DNA from: Actinomycetota bacterium
GTDB lineage: Bacteria; Actinomycetota; AC-67
Assembly: GCA_005884515.1 (NCBI GenBank)
Contig: VAWS01000050.1
Span: 1-41,773 of the forward strand
Reading direction: 5' to 3'
DNA: 41,773 bases
Shown one piece after another: positions 25,250 through 33,900 of the stretch. The notes beneath the pieces were generated by a model. It was not told the origin of the DNA and made no database searches. It worked only from the letters and a program-made list of their open reading frames with translations. A program made the translations under genes and the position numbers. Every line of letters begins with the position of its first letter. Within the stretch, counting starts at the first letter, position 1.

Positions 25250-25636
25250 GTGAGCGAGATACGCCTTTCCGTTCCGGCGCGCGCCGACTACGTCCACGTG
25301 CTCCGGTCGGTTATCGCCAGTGTGGCGGCCAAGCTCGACTTCTCCTACGACGACATCGAGGACCTGCGGCTGGCCGTCGATGAAGCGTGCGCCTACTTGT
25401 TGGGTCTGCGCGACGGTCCGACCTCGTTGACGCTGACTATCACGCCGAGCAGCAGTGCCGTCGATGTGCTCGCGTCGGTCGACGGCGCCGAGGCCACGGA
25501 GCGAGCCCAGGGCCTGCAAGCCAACATGGTGTGGCATCTGCTCGGCGCCCTGACCGACGAGGCGCGCTTCGACGAGTCGGCCGGGCATCCGGGGATCCGT
25601 TTCACGAAGCGCGCGCCCGCGGGCGCCGGGCGCTGA
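25250..25636 (+). CDS. Anti-sigma factor of the RsbW/UsfX type with degenerate ATP-binding motifs
   Basis: 128 aa with a GTG start after an AAGGAG SD. The layout is anti-sigma-like (DYVHVLRSVIASVAAKLDFSYDDIEDLRLAVDEA). It has no N-box Asn (DEACAYLL) and no DxGxG or GxG boxes. It lies immediately upstream of the sigma gene. Confidence 0.7.
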   Translation: MSEIRLSVPARADYVHVLRSVIASVAAKLDFSYDDIEDLRLAVDEACAYLLGLRDGPTSLTLTITPSSSAVDVLASVDGAEATERAQGLQANMVWHLLGALTDEARFDESAGHPGIRFTKRAPAGAGR

Positions 25637-25648
25637 CGGCCTTTCGCT

Positions 25649-26398
25649 ATGGCGGAAACCGACAACGAGCTCCAAGAAGAGCGAGCAGCCGAGCTGTTCG
25701 CCGCGTTGCCGGACGACGCCGCGCGCGAAGAGCTCGTGCGGATGTTCTTCCCGCTCGTCGAGTACCTGTCGCGGCGCTTCCGGAGCCGCGGCGAGCCGCT
25801 CGACGACTTGGTTCAGGTCGCAAGCATCGGCTTGCTCAAGGCGATCGACCGGTTCGAGACAGACCGCGGCGTGAAATTCTCGACCTACGCCGTGCCGACG
25901 ATCATCGGCGAGCTGAAACGCCACTTCCGCGATACCGGGTGGGCGATGCGCGTGCCACGTCGGTTGCAGGAGCGCGCGCTGCTGCTTCGGTCGGTGATCG
26001 CCGACTCCTACCAGGAGCTGGGCCGCTCCCCGACGGTCGCCGAGATCGGACAGCGCGCCGGTCTGTCCGAGGAAGAAGTCCTCGAGGCGATGGACACCAT
26101 GCACGCGCACTCGGTCGAGTCCCTGGACGCGCCGATCGACGACGACGACAACAGCTCGATGACCACGCTGGGGACGGAGGATCAGCTGATCGAGCAGCTC
26201 GAGGGATGGGCCGACGTCGCGCCTCTGCTGCGCACGCTGCCGGAGCGGGAACGGCTTCTCCTTTATTACCGCTTTGTCGCCGGCATGCCCCAGAGCCAGA
26301 TCGCCCAGAAGCTCGGGATCTCGCAGATGCACGTCTCCCGACTGCTCTCACGGACACTCCAGACGCTGCGGACCGCGGTCAGCGGCGTCGATGGGTGA
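25649..26398 (+). CDS. Group 3 sigma-70 factor of the SigB/SigF/SigG subfamily
   Basis: 249 aa. Region 2 is DLVQVASIGLLKAIDRFETDRGVKFSTYAVPTIIGELKRHFRD. Region 3 is present. The region 4 HTH is QSQIAQKLGISQMHVSRL. Confidence 0.9.
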   Translation: MAETDNELQEERAAELFAALPDDAAREELVRMFFPLVEYLSRRFRSRGEPLDDLVQVASIGLLKAIDRFETDRGVKFSTYAVPTIIGELKRHFRDTGWAMRVPRRLQERALLLRSVIADSYQELGRSPTVAEIGQRAGLSEEEVLEAMDTMHAHSVESLDAPIDDDDNSSMTTLGTEDQLIEQLEGWADVAPLLRTLPERERLLLYYRFVAGMPQSQIAQKLGISQMHVSRLLSRTLQTLRTAVSGVDG

Positions 26399-26413
26399 AT
26401 GTGCCGAGGGCAG

Positions 26414-26439
26414 GTTTCACCGGCGAACGGCTCGGGTAC
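26414..26439 (+). promoter_or_regulatory. SigB/SigF-type promoter candidate, GGTTT-N16-GGGTAC, directed at the S8 protease gene
   Basis: Plus strand reads GGTTTcaccggcgaacggctcGGGTAC. It begins 15 nt after the sigma gene stop and lies 222 nt upstream of ATG 26662. Confidence 0.55.
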
Positions 26440-26661
26440 TTCTGGGGGAAGACATAGCAGGACAGGCCTCCCCGACCCGACGTAAGCGTCGTCGCGGCCG
26501 GGGTGAAGCCCCCAGGACCCTGCGGCTTCCCCAGGCCGCGGGGTCCGCCCGTTGAGGGACCTTTTTCTCCATCCTCCCGTCCGTGACCCAGGCTCCGCAC
26601 CGCCGTAGCGTCGAGCCTGGACGCCACCGGCTCCTCCCCGTCGGACGCTCGAGGAGGAGAG

Positions 26662-28221
26662 ATGAAGAAGCTCGTCACCACATTCGTCGCGTTGCTCGCC
26701 TTTCCGCTGACTCAGACGCCGGCACTCGCATCGGACCGCGCGACCGTCATCGTGCACCTGGCGCCGGGCGGGTCGGTGCGCGAGCTTCACGAGCGCGCCG
26801 GCGCGTTTCCCGTGCGCGCGCGCTGGCACGCCGTCGACGCGTTGGCCGCTTCCCTGACCCGCGTGCAACGCGCGCGCCTGGCGCGTGACCCGCTCGTCCG
26901 ATCGATCGAGCCCGAGCGCACCTATCGGATAACGGCGAGCACCGCGCGAGCCTCGTACGGCGTGGCGAAAGCGGCCGCCGACTTCGGCATGACCGGCGAC
27001 CGCGACGGCGCGCCGAAGACGTATACGCGCACAGACGTCGTCGCGTGCGTGATCGACACGGGGATCGACTCGTCGCATGTGGATCTCAACCAAGGGCAAG
27101 TGATCGGCTGGAAGGACTTCGTCAACGGACGGACGTCGCCGTACGACGACAACGGACACGGCACGCACGTGTCGGCGATCCTCGCCGGACAAGGCGACGG
27201 CAATGCCGCGTACCGTGGCGTGGCACCGGGCGCCGCCCTCGTCGGCGTGAAGGCGATGAATTCGTCCGGCGCCGGTTCGACGTCGACGATCATCTCCGCT
27301 GTGCAGTGGTGCATCGACAAGAAGGCCACCTACAACATCCGCATCATCAACATGAGCTTCGGCAGCAACGGGCCGTCGAGCGGAACCGACACCCTGTCTG
27401 CGATCGTGAACACCGCCGCCGACCGAGGGATCCTGCCGGTGGTCGCCGCCGGGAACGGCGGCCCCGCTGCGTCGACCGTCGGCTCTCCGGCTGCAGCGGC
27501 GAAGGCGCTGACCGTGTGCAGCATCTCCGACCCCGGCGTGAAAGGGTTCTCCGTGTCGCCGTGGTCGTCGCGCGGACCTACCGCGGACGGTCGCGCGAAG
27601 CCCGACGTGTGCGGCCCCGGGCAGACCATCACATCCGCGAAGGCGGGTTCGGGCAACGGATACGTCACGCACTCGGGGACGAGCATGGCGGCGCCGTTCG
27701 TCGCCGGCGTCGTGGCGCTGATGCTCGACGTGAACAACGCGCTGACCCCGGCGCAGCTGAAGTACCACATGATGGTCTCGGCGCAGGACTGGGTGGTGGC
27801 CGGCACGGACTCCGATACGGGCGCCGGCAGGTTGCAGGCGTATGAAGCGATCAAGCGGGTCGGTGGACTCTCGGGAACCGGACCGGCCGTGCCCAACCAC
27901 TACATGACCGGCAGCTCGTTGCGCGCGAGCGGCAACGAAGATCAGTGGTCGATCCGGATCGCGAGCACCTCGTCACCGATCGCCGTCACGTTGATCATCC
28001 CCGGCGCGAGTGCGAGCAAGGACTTCGACATCCGCCTGCGCGCGCCGAATGGCACGGTGCTCGCAACGAGCAACGGAACGTCGCGGCAGGAAACGATCGG
28101 CATCACGCCGGGAGTGACGGGAACGTACGTGTTGCTTGTCGACTCCTACACGGGGATCGGCGGCTACGATCTCGATTTCTCTTATAACGGAAGCGCGCCG
28201 GTGTTGGTCAGCAACGGCTGA
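26662..28221 (+). CDS. Secreted subtilisin-like serine peptidase (S8) with propeptide and C-terminal PPC-type domain
   Basis: 519 aa. Signal peptide MKKLVTTFVALLAFPLTQTPALA. Triad contexts are VIDTGID, HGTHVSAILAG and SGTSMAAPFVAGVVALM. The C-terminal beta domain contains GTYVLLVDSYTGIGGYDLDFSY. A GAGGAGGAGAG SD directly abuts the ATG. Confidence 0.92.
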   Translation: MKKLVTTFVALLAFPLTQTPALASDRATVIVHLAPGGSVRELHERAGAFPVRARWHAVDALAASLTRVQRARLARDPLVRSIEPERTYRITASTARASYGVAKAAADFGMTGDRDGAPKTYTRTDVVACVIDTGIDSSHVDLNQGQVIGWKDFVNGRTSPYDDNGHGTHVSAILAGQGDGNAAYRGVAPGAALVGVKAMNSSGAGSTSTIISAVQWCIDKKATYNIRIINMSFGSNGPSSGTDTLSAIVNTAADRGILPVVAAGNGGPAASTVGSPAAAAKALTVCSISDPGVKGFSVSPWSSRGPTADGRAKPDVCGPGQTITSAKAGSGNGYVTHSGTSMAAPFVAGVVALMLDVNNALTPAQLKYHMMVSAQDWVVAGTDSDTGAGRLQAYEAIKRVGGLSGTGPAVPNHYMTGSSLRASGNEDQWSIRIASTSSPIAVTLIIPGASASKDFDIRLRAPNGTVLATSNGTSRQETIGITPGVTGTYVLLVDSYTGIGGYDLDFSYNGSAPVLVSNG

Positions 28222-28559
28222 TCCTTCGAAGCCCGCGTCACCTGCAACGGCACGGTCACCTGTGTGATCGCTGCGACGAGAATGTATGGCCACCACGCGC
28301 GGACGTGGCCGGTAGCCTCCTTGAAGATCAAGAAACCGAGCACGACGCCGAGCGCCATCTCGGAGACGACGAGGTTCAGCGTGTACGCACCCAAGAAGAA
28401 TCCCGACGACGTTCCACGATCGAAGAGATAACCGCAGCCGGGGCATCGGTCGCGCATCTTGAAACACGACCGGAAGAGGTGACCAGTACCGCAGCGTGGG
28501 CACCTCTTGCGCACACCGCGCGCGAGCATGGTGGAGAGCCTCGGCTTCGCAGCGTCCAT
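28182..28559 (-). CDS. DUF983 family zinc-ribbon membrane protein
   Basis: CPRCGTGHLF....CPGCGYLF followed by two helices. Start taken at ATG 28559 (MDAAKPRLSTMLARG). The longer track ORF begins with Arg/Pro-rich sequence that overlaps the divergent gene. Its 3' end overlaps the S8 gene by 40 nt. Confidence 0.75.
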   Translation of the reverse strand: MDAAKPRLSTMLARGVRKRCPRCGTGHLFRSCFKMRDRCPGCGYLFDRGTSSGFFLGAYTLNLVVSEMALGVVLGFLIFKEATGHVRAWWPYILVAAITQVTVPLQVTRASKDQPLLTNTGALPL

Positions 28560-28614
28560 CTCTGTAGGGTATTCCCTTGCGAGCAGCCGGACACGCGCGC
28601 ACCGGGAGGCGGCG

Positions 28615-29976
28615 ATGAGCGAGCGAGCAGATGTGGTCGTCGTAGGCATGGGACCCGGCGGTGAGGACCTCGCAGGCAAGCTCGCGGAGAAGGGCCTCGA
28701 CGTAATCGGTATCGATCACGGTTTGGTCGGCGGTGAGTGTCCGTACTGGGGCTGCATTCCCTCGAAGATGATGATCCGCGCGGCGAACTTGCTCGCGGAA
28801 GCGCGCCGGATCCCCGGCATAGCAGGGAATTCGAGCGTCACGCCCGATTGGAGCGTCGTGGCGCAGCGCATCCGCGAGGAAGCGACCGACGACTGGAACG
28901 ATCAGGTCGCCGTCGACCGCTTCGTGAAGAAAGGCGGACGGTTCATCCGCGGGAGCGCGCGCTTCATCGCGCCAGGTCGATTGTCGGTGGATGGCACGAC
29001 GGTTGAAGCGCCGAAGATCGCGATCAATGCGGGAACGGTGCCGGTTATCCCGCCGATACCCGGCCTGTCCGACGTGCACTACTGGACCAACCATCACGCG
29101 ATCGAAACGAAGGACATCCCGGCGACGCTGACGATCCTCGGCGGGGGGCCGATCGGCCTGGAGCTCGGCCAGATGTTCGGACGTTTCGGCGTGAAGGTCA
29201 CCGTCGTCGAAGCCGGCGAGCGGATCCTGGGGCCGGAAGAGCCGGAGTCGAGCGCGCTGCTGACCGAAGTGTTCGAGCGCGAAGGGATCGTCGTTCGAAC
29301 GGGCGCAGCGGCCGAGAAGGTGTCGATGGACGGCGGTGATATCGCGCTGTCGCTGAGCGATGGCTCGACCGTTCGCGGTGAAAAGCTGCTCGTCGCCGTC
29401 GGACGGCGCGCGCCTCTGGCGGAGTTGAACGCGGCAGCGATCGGGGTCGCCGCCGACGCGAAGTCTTTATCGGTGGACGAGCACGGGCGCGTGACGGACG
29501 GGGTATGGGCGCTCGGCGACATCACCGGCAAGGGGAACTTCACGCACATGTCGATGTACGAGGCGAACGTTGTTCTGCACGACATCCTGGGCGATGCCGG
29601 CCCTGTGGCCGAGTACCACGCGGTGCCGCGGGTTACGTTCACCGACCCCGAGATCGGCTCGGTCGGCATGTCCGAGAAGAGCGCACGCGACGCCGGCATC
29701 GACGTGCGGATCGGAAACTATCCCGTCCCTCGATCCACGCGCGGATGGATCCATAAAGCAGGGAACGACGGATTCATCAAGCTGATCGAGGATCGCGTGC
29801 GCGGTGTGCTGGTCGGGGCAACGTCGGCGGGCCCGACCGGCGGCGAGGTGCTGTCGATGCTGACGCTCGCCGTGCACGAACGGACCACGGTCGAGCGGCT
29901 GCGCTCGATGATCTTCGCGTACCCGACGTTCCACCGGGCGGTCGAAGCTGCGCTCGACGACTTGCTGTCTCACTGA
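28615..29976 (+). CDS. Class I pyridine-nucleotide disulfide oxidoreductase (Lpd/mercuric/mycothione reductase family)
   Basis: Starts MSERADVVVVGMGPGGEDLA (FAD GxGxxG). Redox-active pair is GGECPYWGCIPSK. A second Rossmann motif (ILGGGPIGLELG) and a C-terminal dimerisation domain are present. Start taken at ATG 28615, 5 nt after a GGGAGG SD. Confidence 0.88.
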   Translation: MSERADVVVVGMGPGGEDLAGKLAEKGLDVIGIDHGLVGGECPYWGCIPSKMMIRAANLLAEARRIPGIAGNSSVTPDWSVVAQRIREEATDDWNDQVAVDRFVKKGGRFIRGSARFIAPGRLSVDGTTVEAPKIAINAGTVPVIPPIPGLSDVHYWTNHHAIETKDIPATLTILGGGPIGLELGQMFGRFGVKVTVVEAGERILGPEEPESSALLTEVFEREGIVVRTGAAAEKVSMDGGDIALSLSDGSTVRGEKLLVAVGRRAPLAELNAAAIGVAADAKSLSVDEHGRVTDGVWALGDITGKGNFTHMSMYEANVVLHDILGDAGPVAEYHAVPRVTFTDPEIGSVGMSEKSARDAGIDVRIGNYPVPRSTRGWIHKAGNDGFIKLIEDRVRGVLVGATSAGPTGGEVLSMLTLAVHERTTVERLRSMIFAYPTFHRAVEAALDDLLSH

Positions 29977-29979
29977 GTC

Positions 29980-30783
29980 TCAGTAGTACCTGGGCGGCTC
30001 GCCGTGCATAGCCGACTGCAGGTACGCGAGCATCCCGTCCACGCCCGCCCCGTGCAAGATCATCCCGCCGTCGATAACGATGTTCTGCCCGGTGACGAAC
30101 CCGGCTAGGTCCGAGCACAGGAACACGACCACCTTCGCGATGTCCTCGGGCTCGCCGAGGCGCTTCATCGGTGTGCGCTCGACTGCACGCAGCTCCTCGC
30201 CGGGGATCTCTTTCCACGGCGCGGTCAGCCCGGTGAGGATCCAACCGGGCGAAACGGCATTGACGCGGATCGCCGGCGCGTACTCCAACGCCGCCGACTG
30301 CGTCAACGCGATCACACCGGCCTTCGCCGCGGCATACGGCGCTTCGCCTGCGGACGGCCGGACGCCGCTGATCGACGCGGTATTGACGATGCCGCCGCCA
30401 CCACTCTCGAGGATGACAGGCACCGCAGCTTTCATCCCGTTGAAAACGCCGTTCAGGTTGAGCCGCACGACCTGATCCCACTGTTCGGCGCTGTACTCGT
30501 GCACGTTCGCGAGCAGCCCTGCTCCTGCGTTGTTGAAGGCGATCGTGAGCCCGCCGAAGGCATCGGCCGCATCTCGCACCGCCGCTTGAACCATCTCGAG
30601 GTCTGTGACGTCCACCTCGAAAGCGAGACCGCCGATCTCAGCGGCCACCTCTTTGGCGCCGTCGCCGTTGATGTCGGCGACCGCGACCCGCGCGCCTTCC
30701 GCAGCCATCATCCGCGCCGTCGCGCGCCCGATGCCCGACGCACCGCCGGTGATGAACGCGCGCTGCGCTTCGAGCAAACCCAT
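29980..30783 (-). CDS. Short-chain dehydrogenase/reductase
   Basis: 267 aa with ITGGASGIGRA, NNAG and YAAAK motifs. Confidence 0.9.
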   Translation of the reverse strand: MGLLEAQRAFITGGASGIGRATARMMAAEGARVAVADINGDGAKEVAAEIGGLAFEVDVTDLEMVQAAVRDAADAFGGLTIAFNNAGAGLLANVHEYSAEQWDQVVRLNLNGVFNGMKAAVPVILESGGGGIVNTASISGVRPSAGEAPYAAAKAGVIALTQSAALEYAPAIRVNAVSPGWILTGLTAPWKEIPGEELRAVERTPMKRLGEPEDIAKVVVFLCSDLAGFVTGQNIVIDGGMILHGAGVDGMLAYLQSAMHGEPPRYY

Positions 30784-30874
30784 AGGGACGGCACACTAGT
30801 ACGTACGTTCGCGGCCAGAAACCCGACAGGGGTAGTGTCCGCCGATCGAGTGAGCCTTTGACGAGGACGCCGTC

Positions 30875-31782
30875 ATGGATCACGTGGCGATCGACGGACT
30901 CAACATCGCGTATCGGACGGCCGGAGCGGGCCGGCCGCTCGTCCTGCTGCACGGAGGGATCAGCGACGGCCGAGAATGGCGCGCTCAGATCGAGGACCTA
31001 TCGGACGAGCTCCTCGTCGTCGCGTGGGATGCCCCAGGGTGCGGCGGCTCGTCCGACCCACCGGCGACATTCGCGCTGACCGATTACGCCGATTTTCTCG
31101 CCGGCTTCATCGGGGCGCTCGGCCTTGACCGGCCGCATATCGCCGGTCTTTCGTTTGGGGGCGGGCTGGCTCTCGCGCTCTACGAGCGGTATCCCTCGTT
31201 GCCCGCTTCCGTTGTCCTCGCGTCCGCGTATGCGGGCTGGGCGGGCTCACTCCCGGCTGAGGAAGTGCAGCAACGGCTCAACGGTACGCTGCGAGACACG
31301 GAGAGACCGGCTTCGGAGCTCGTCGCGAAGTTCTTACCGACCCTCTTCGCCGGCGCGGTGGGCGACCGGACCATCGAGGAGATATCGACGATCATGTCCG
31401 AGTTCCATCCAGCGGGCGCGCGCGCGATGGTGCGCTCGTTCGCTGAAGCGGACCTCCGCCACGTTCTTCCGGACGTCGAGGTTCCGACGCTCCTCTCCTA
31501 TACGGCGCGAGAGACGAACGTGCCCCAAGAGCAGTCGCCGACGCGCTCCACGCCGGCATCCGAGGGTCGCGACTCGTGTTCATCCCCGACGCCGGCCACC
31601 AGATCAACATGGAAGCGCCGGCGCGCTTCATTCGGCGACGACGTTCTTCTGCACCTCGTCGGTACCGCCCCCGATGTGGAACGCCGGCGCCTCGAGGAAC
31701 GCGCGCGTCGGACTCCCGTCCTTCAGCAACAAGCCCTCGCCGCCGAGCAGCCGTACCCCCAGCGCCGCCGACGCCGATATAA
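30875..31782 (+). pseudogene. Alpha/beta hydrolase, frameshifted and lacking a normal C-terminus
   Basis: Contains LVLLHGG and GLSFGG (nucleophile elbow). After VEVPTLL the frame is lost. The homologous continuation LLYGARDERAPRAVADALHAGIRGSRLVFIPDAGHQINMEAPARF lies in the frame of ORF 31576..31782. Family similarity stops at about 31629, exactly where the convergent ACAD gene ends. Confidence 0.7.
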
Positions 31783-32734
31783 GGTCGGCCAGTGCGATCT
31801 TCAAGATCGAGCCTTCCGCCGTCGGGATCTCGCCCTTGCGCAACTTCGACAGGACGCGCGCGTTCAGCAGGTCGAGGATCTTGTAGCGCGTGTACACCCC
31901 GGCAAGTGCTTGGCGGTCCAGCGCACCGGGACGGCCGTGCGCGCGCGCGAGGGCCACCAGCCGCTCGAACGGGAACGTATAGCCGCCGGTGGCTGAGCCG
32001 ATCGACATCCGCTCGAACATCAGCGTCGTCATCGCGACTCGCCAGCCGTCGCCCGGCTCGCCGATGCGGTTCTCATCGGGGATGCGAACGTCGGTCATGA
32101 ACACTTCGTTGAACTCGGACTCTCCCGAGATCTGGCGCAGCGGCCGGACCTCGATCCCCGGCGCGCGCATGTCGACGATGAAGTAGATGAGGCCTTCGTG
32201 CTTCGGCTTGTCGAAGTCGTAGCGCGCCAGCAGGATCCCGAAGTCTGCCTCGTGCGCGCTCGAGCTCCACACCTTCTGGCCGGTGACGATCCACGAGTCG
32301 CCGTCGCGTTGCGCGCGCGTCGTGACGTTGGCGAGGTCGCTTCCCGCACCGGGCTCGCTGAAGAGCTGGCACCAGATCTCGTCGCCGCCAAGCAGCGGCG
32401 GTAGGTAGCGCTTCTTCTGCAGTTCGGTCGCGTGCGCGATGATCGTCGGTCCGGCCATGCCGAATCCGGTCACGTTGAAGGGGATATTCGCGCCGATGCG
32501 CGCCTTCTCCTCGGCCCAGACCGCGTATTCGACGGGTCCGAATCCCTTGCCGCCGTACTCAACCGGCCAGCTCGGCGCGCCCCACCCGCCCTGGGCCTGA
32601 ACCCGGTGCCACGCGCGCCGTTGCTCGCTGTTGTAGCGCGCGGGATTGCCGACGCTCTCGCGCCACGCCGGGAACGTCGCTTCCAGCCACGCGCGCGCTT
32701 CCGCGCGCAACGCTTCCTCTTGCGCTTCGCTCAT
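31628..32734 (-). CDS. Acyl-CoA dehydrogenase family protein (C-terminus looks short)
   Basis: Starts MSEAQEEALRAEARAWLEA. Contains WCQLFSEPGAGSDLA and ends GGGTDEVQKNVVAE-stop. ATG 32734 overlaps the upstream stop as ATGA. The longer track ORF (556 aa) is an Arg-rich extension. Confidence 0.85.
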   Translation of the reverse strand: MSEAQEEALRAEARAWLEATFPAWRESVGNPARYNSEQRRAWHRVQAQGGWGAPSWPVEYGGKGFGPVEYAVWAEEKARIGANIPFNVTGFGMAGPTIIAHATELQKKRYLPPLLGGDEIWCQLFSEPGAGSDLANVTTRAQRDGDSWIVTGQKVWSSSAHEADFGILLARYDFDKPKHEGLIYFIVDMRAPGIEVRPLRQISGESEFNEVFMTDVRIPDENRIGEPGDGWRVAMTTLMFERMSIGSATGGYTFPFERLVALARAHGRPGALDRQALAGVYTRYKILDLLNARVLSKLRKGEIPTAEGSILKIALADLISASAALGVRLLGGEGLLLKDGSPTRAFLEAPAFHIGGGTDEVQKNVVAE

Positions 32735-33900
32735 CGGTCTACGCCCACCAACACGGCGCTCGTCGGCACGCCGGTGCCGCCGGTCGCGATCGCGTGCTCG
32801 AGGCCGTCGATCTGGTTCACCGCCGTGCCGCGCACCTGGCGCACCGCTTCCGCTATCCCGTTCATCCCGTGGATGTACGCCTCGCCCAGCTGCCCGCCGT
32901 TCGTGTTCACGGCGAGGTTGCCACCGATCTCGATGCCGCCGTCGGCCACGTAGTCCTTCGCTTCGCCGCGGCCACAGAAGCCGAACTCTTCCAATTGCAC
33001 GAGCACCATCGGCGTGAACGCGTCGTAGAGCATCGCGGCCTTCACATCGGAAGGTCCGACGCCGGACTGCTCCCATAGCTGGCGCGCGACCAAGCCCATC
33101 TCGGGCAGGTCGCTGATGATCTCGCGGTAGTAGCTGTTCATCGACCACTGCTCGTAGCTCACGCCTTGCGACACGCCTTCGATCAGGGCCGGAGGCTGCG
33201 GTAGGTCGCGCGCGCGCTCGGTGCTGGTGACGACGATCGCGACGGCGCCGTCCGATTCCTGACAGCAGTCGAGCAGCCTGAGCGGCTCGACGATCCATCG
33301 CGAAGCCTGATGATCTTCGAGCGTGATCGGCCGCTGGTAGAAGAACGCGTCGGGGTTCGTCGCGGCGTGCTTGCGGTCGGCGACCGTGACGCGGCCGAGG
33401 TCTTCGGACGTCGCGCCGAACTCATGCATGTAGCGGCGCGCGAACATCGCAACCCACGACGCGGGTGTCGAGAGGCCGAACGGCGTGATCCACGAGTAGT
33501 GCACCATGTCGGCGGTCGGCGCCGGCTGACGGTCGCGTGGGATGCCGTAGCGGTACCACGACCGCTCGTTGAACGCGCGGTACGCGACGACGACGTCGGC
33601 CATGCCCGTTGCGACAGCCATCGCGGCTTGATGGATCGTGCCGCCGGCTGCTCCCCCGCCGTGCGGAACGCGGCTGTAGAAGGTGAGCTCGGGGATGCCC
33701 ATGTTGCGCGCGATGTCGATCTCATCGTTGCGGTCGAGCGTGAACGTCACCATGCCGTCGACGTCCTTCGGCTCCAGGCCGGCGTCTTTCAAAGCAGCCT
33801 GGATCGCTTCGATCGCGAGCCGCAGCTCGGTCCGGCCGGAGTCCTTCGAGAACTCGGTCTGGCCGATGCCGGCGATCGCCGTTGTGCGCGAGATGCTCAC
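32731..33900 (-). CDS. Thiolase-like lipid-transfer protein (Ltp/SCP-x thiolase family; Ltp2-like position)
   Basis: 389 aa with a GTG start. Contains AIAGIGQTEFSK and NTNGGQLGEAYIHGMNGIAEAVRQVRG. It follows a MaoC pair, as in chsH2-chsH1-ltp2. Confidence 0.85.
   Translation of the reverse strand: MSISRTTAIAGIGQTEFSKDSGRTELRLAIEAIQAALKDAGLEPKDVDGMVTFTLDRNDEIDIARNMGIPELTFYSRVPHGGGAAGGTIHQAAMAVATGMADVVVAYRAFNERSWYRYGIPRDRQPAPTADMVHYSWITPFGLSTPASWVAMFARRYMHEFGATSEDLGRVTVADRKHAATNPDAFFYQRPITLEDHQASRWIVEPLRLLDCCQESDGAVAIVVTSTERARDLPQPPALIEGVSQGVSYEQWSMNSYYREIISDLPEMGLVARQLWEQSGVGPSDVKAAMLYDAFTPMVLVQLEEFGFCGRGEAKDYVADGGIEIGGNLAVNTNGGQLGEAYIHGMNGIAEAVRQVRGTAVNQIDGLEHAIATGGTGVPTSAVLVGVDR

Noticed and set aside
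30796-30812. Cluster of short palindromes (ACTAGT, ACGTACGT) in the SDR/hydrolase divergent spacer as a possible operator
   Set aside because: They are very short, no regulator gene is adjacent and no repeat occurs elsewhere in the window. That is not enough to call a site.
31628-33298. 556-aa, 358-aa (33897-34973), 730-aa (34301-36493) and 409-aa (37407-38636) versions of operon genes
   Set aside because: The N-terminal extensions are Arg-rich and overlap the 3' part of the upstream gene in another frame. Internal starts that overlap or abut the upstream stop give proteins of normal family length.
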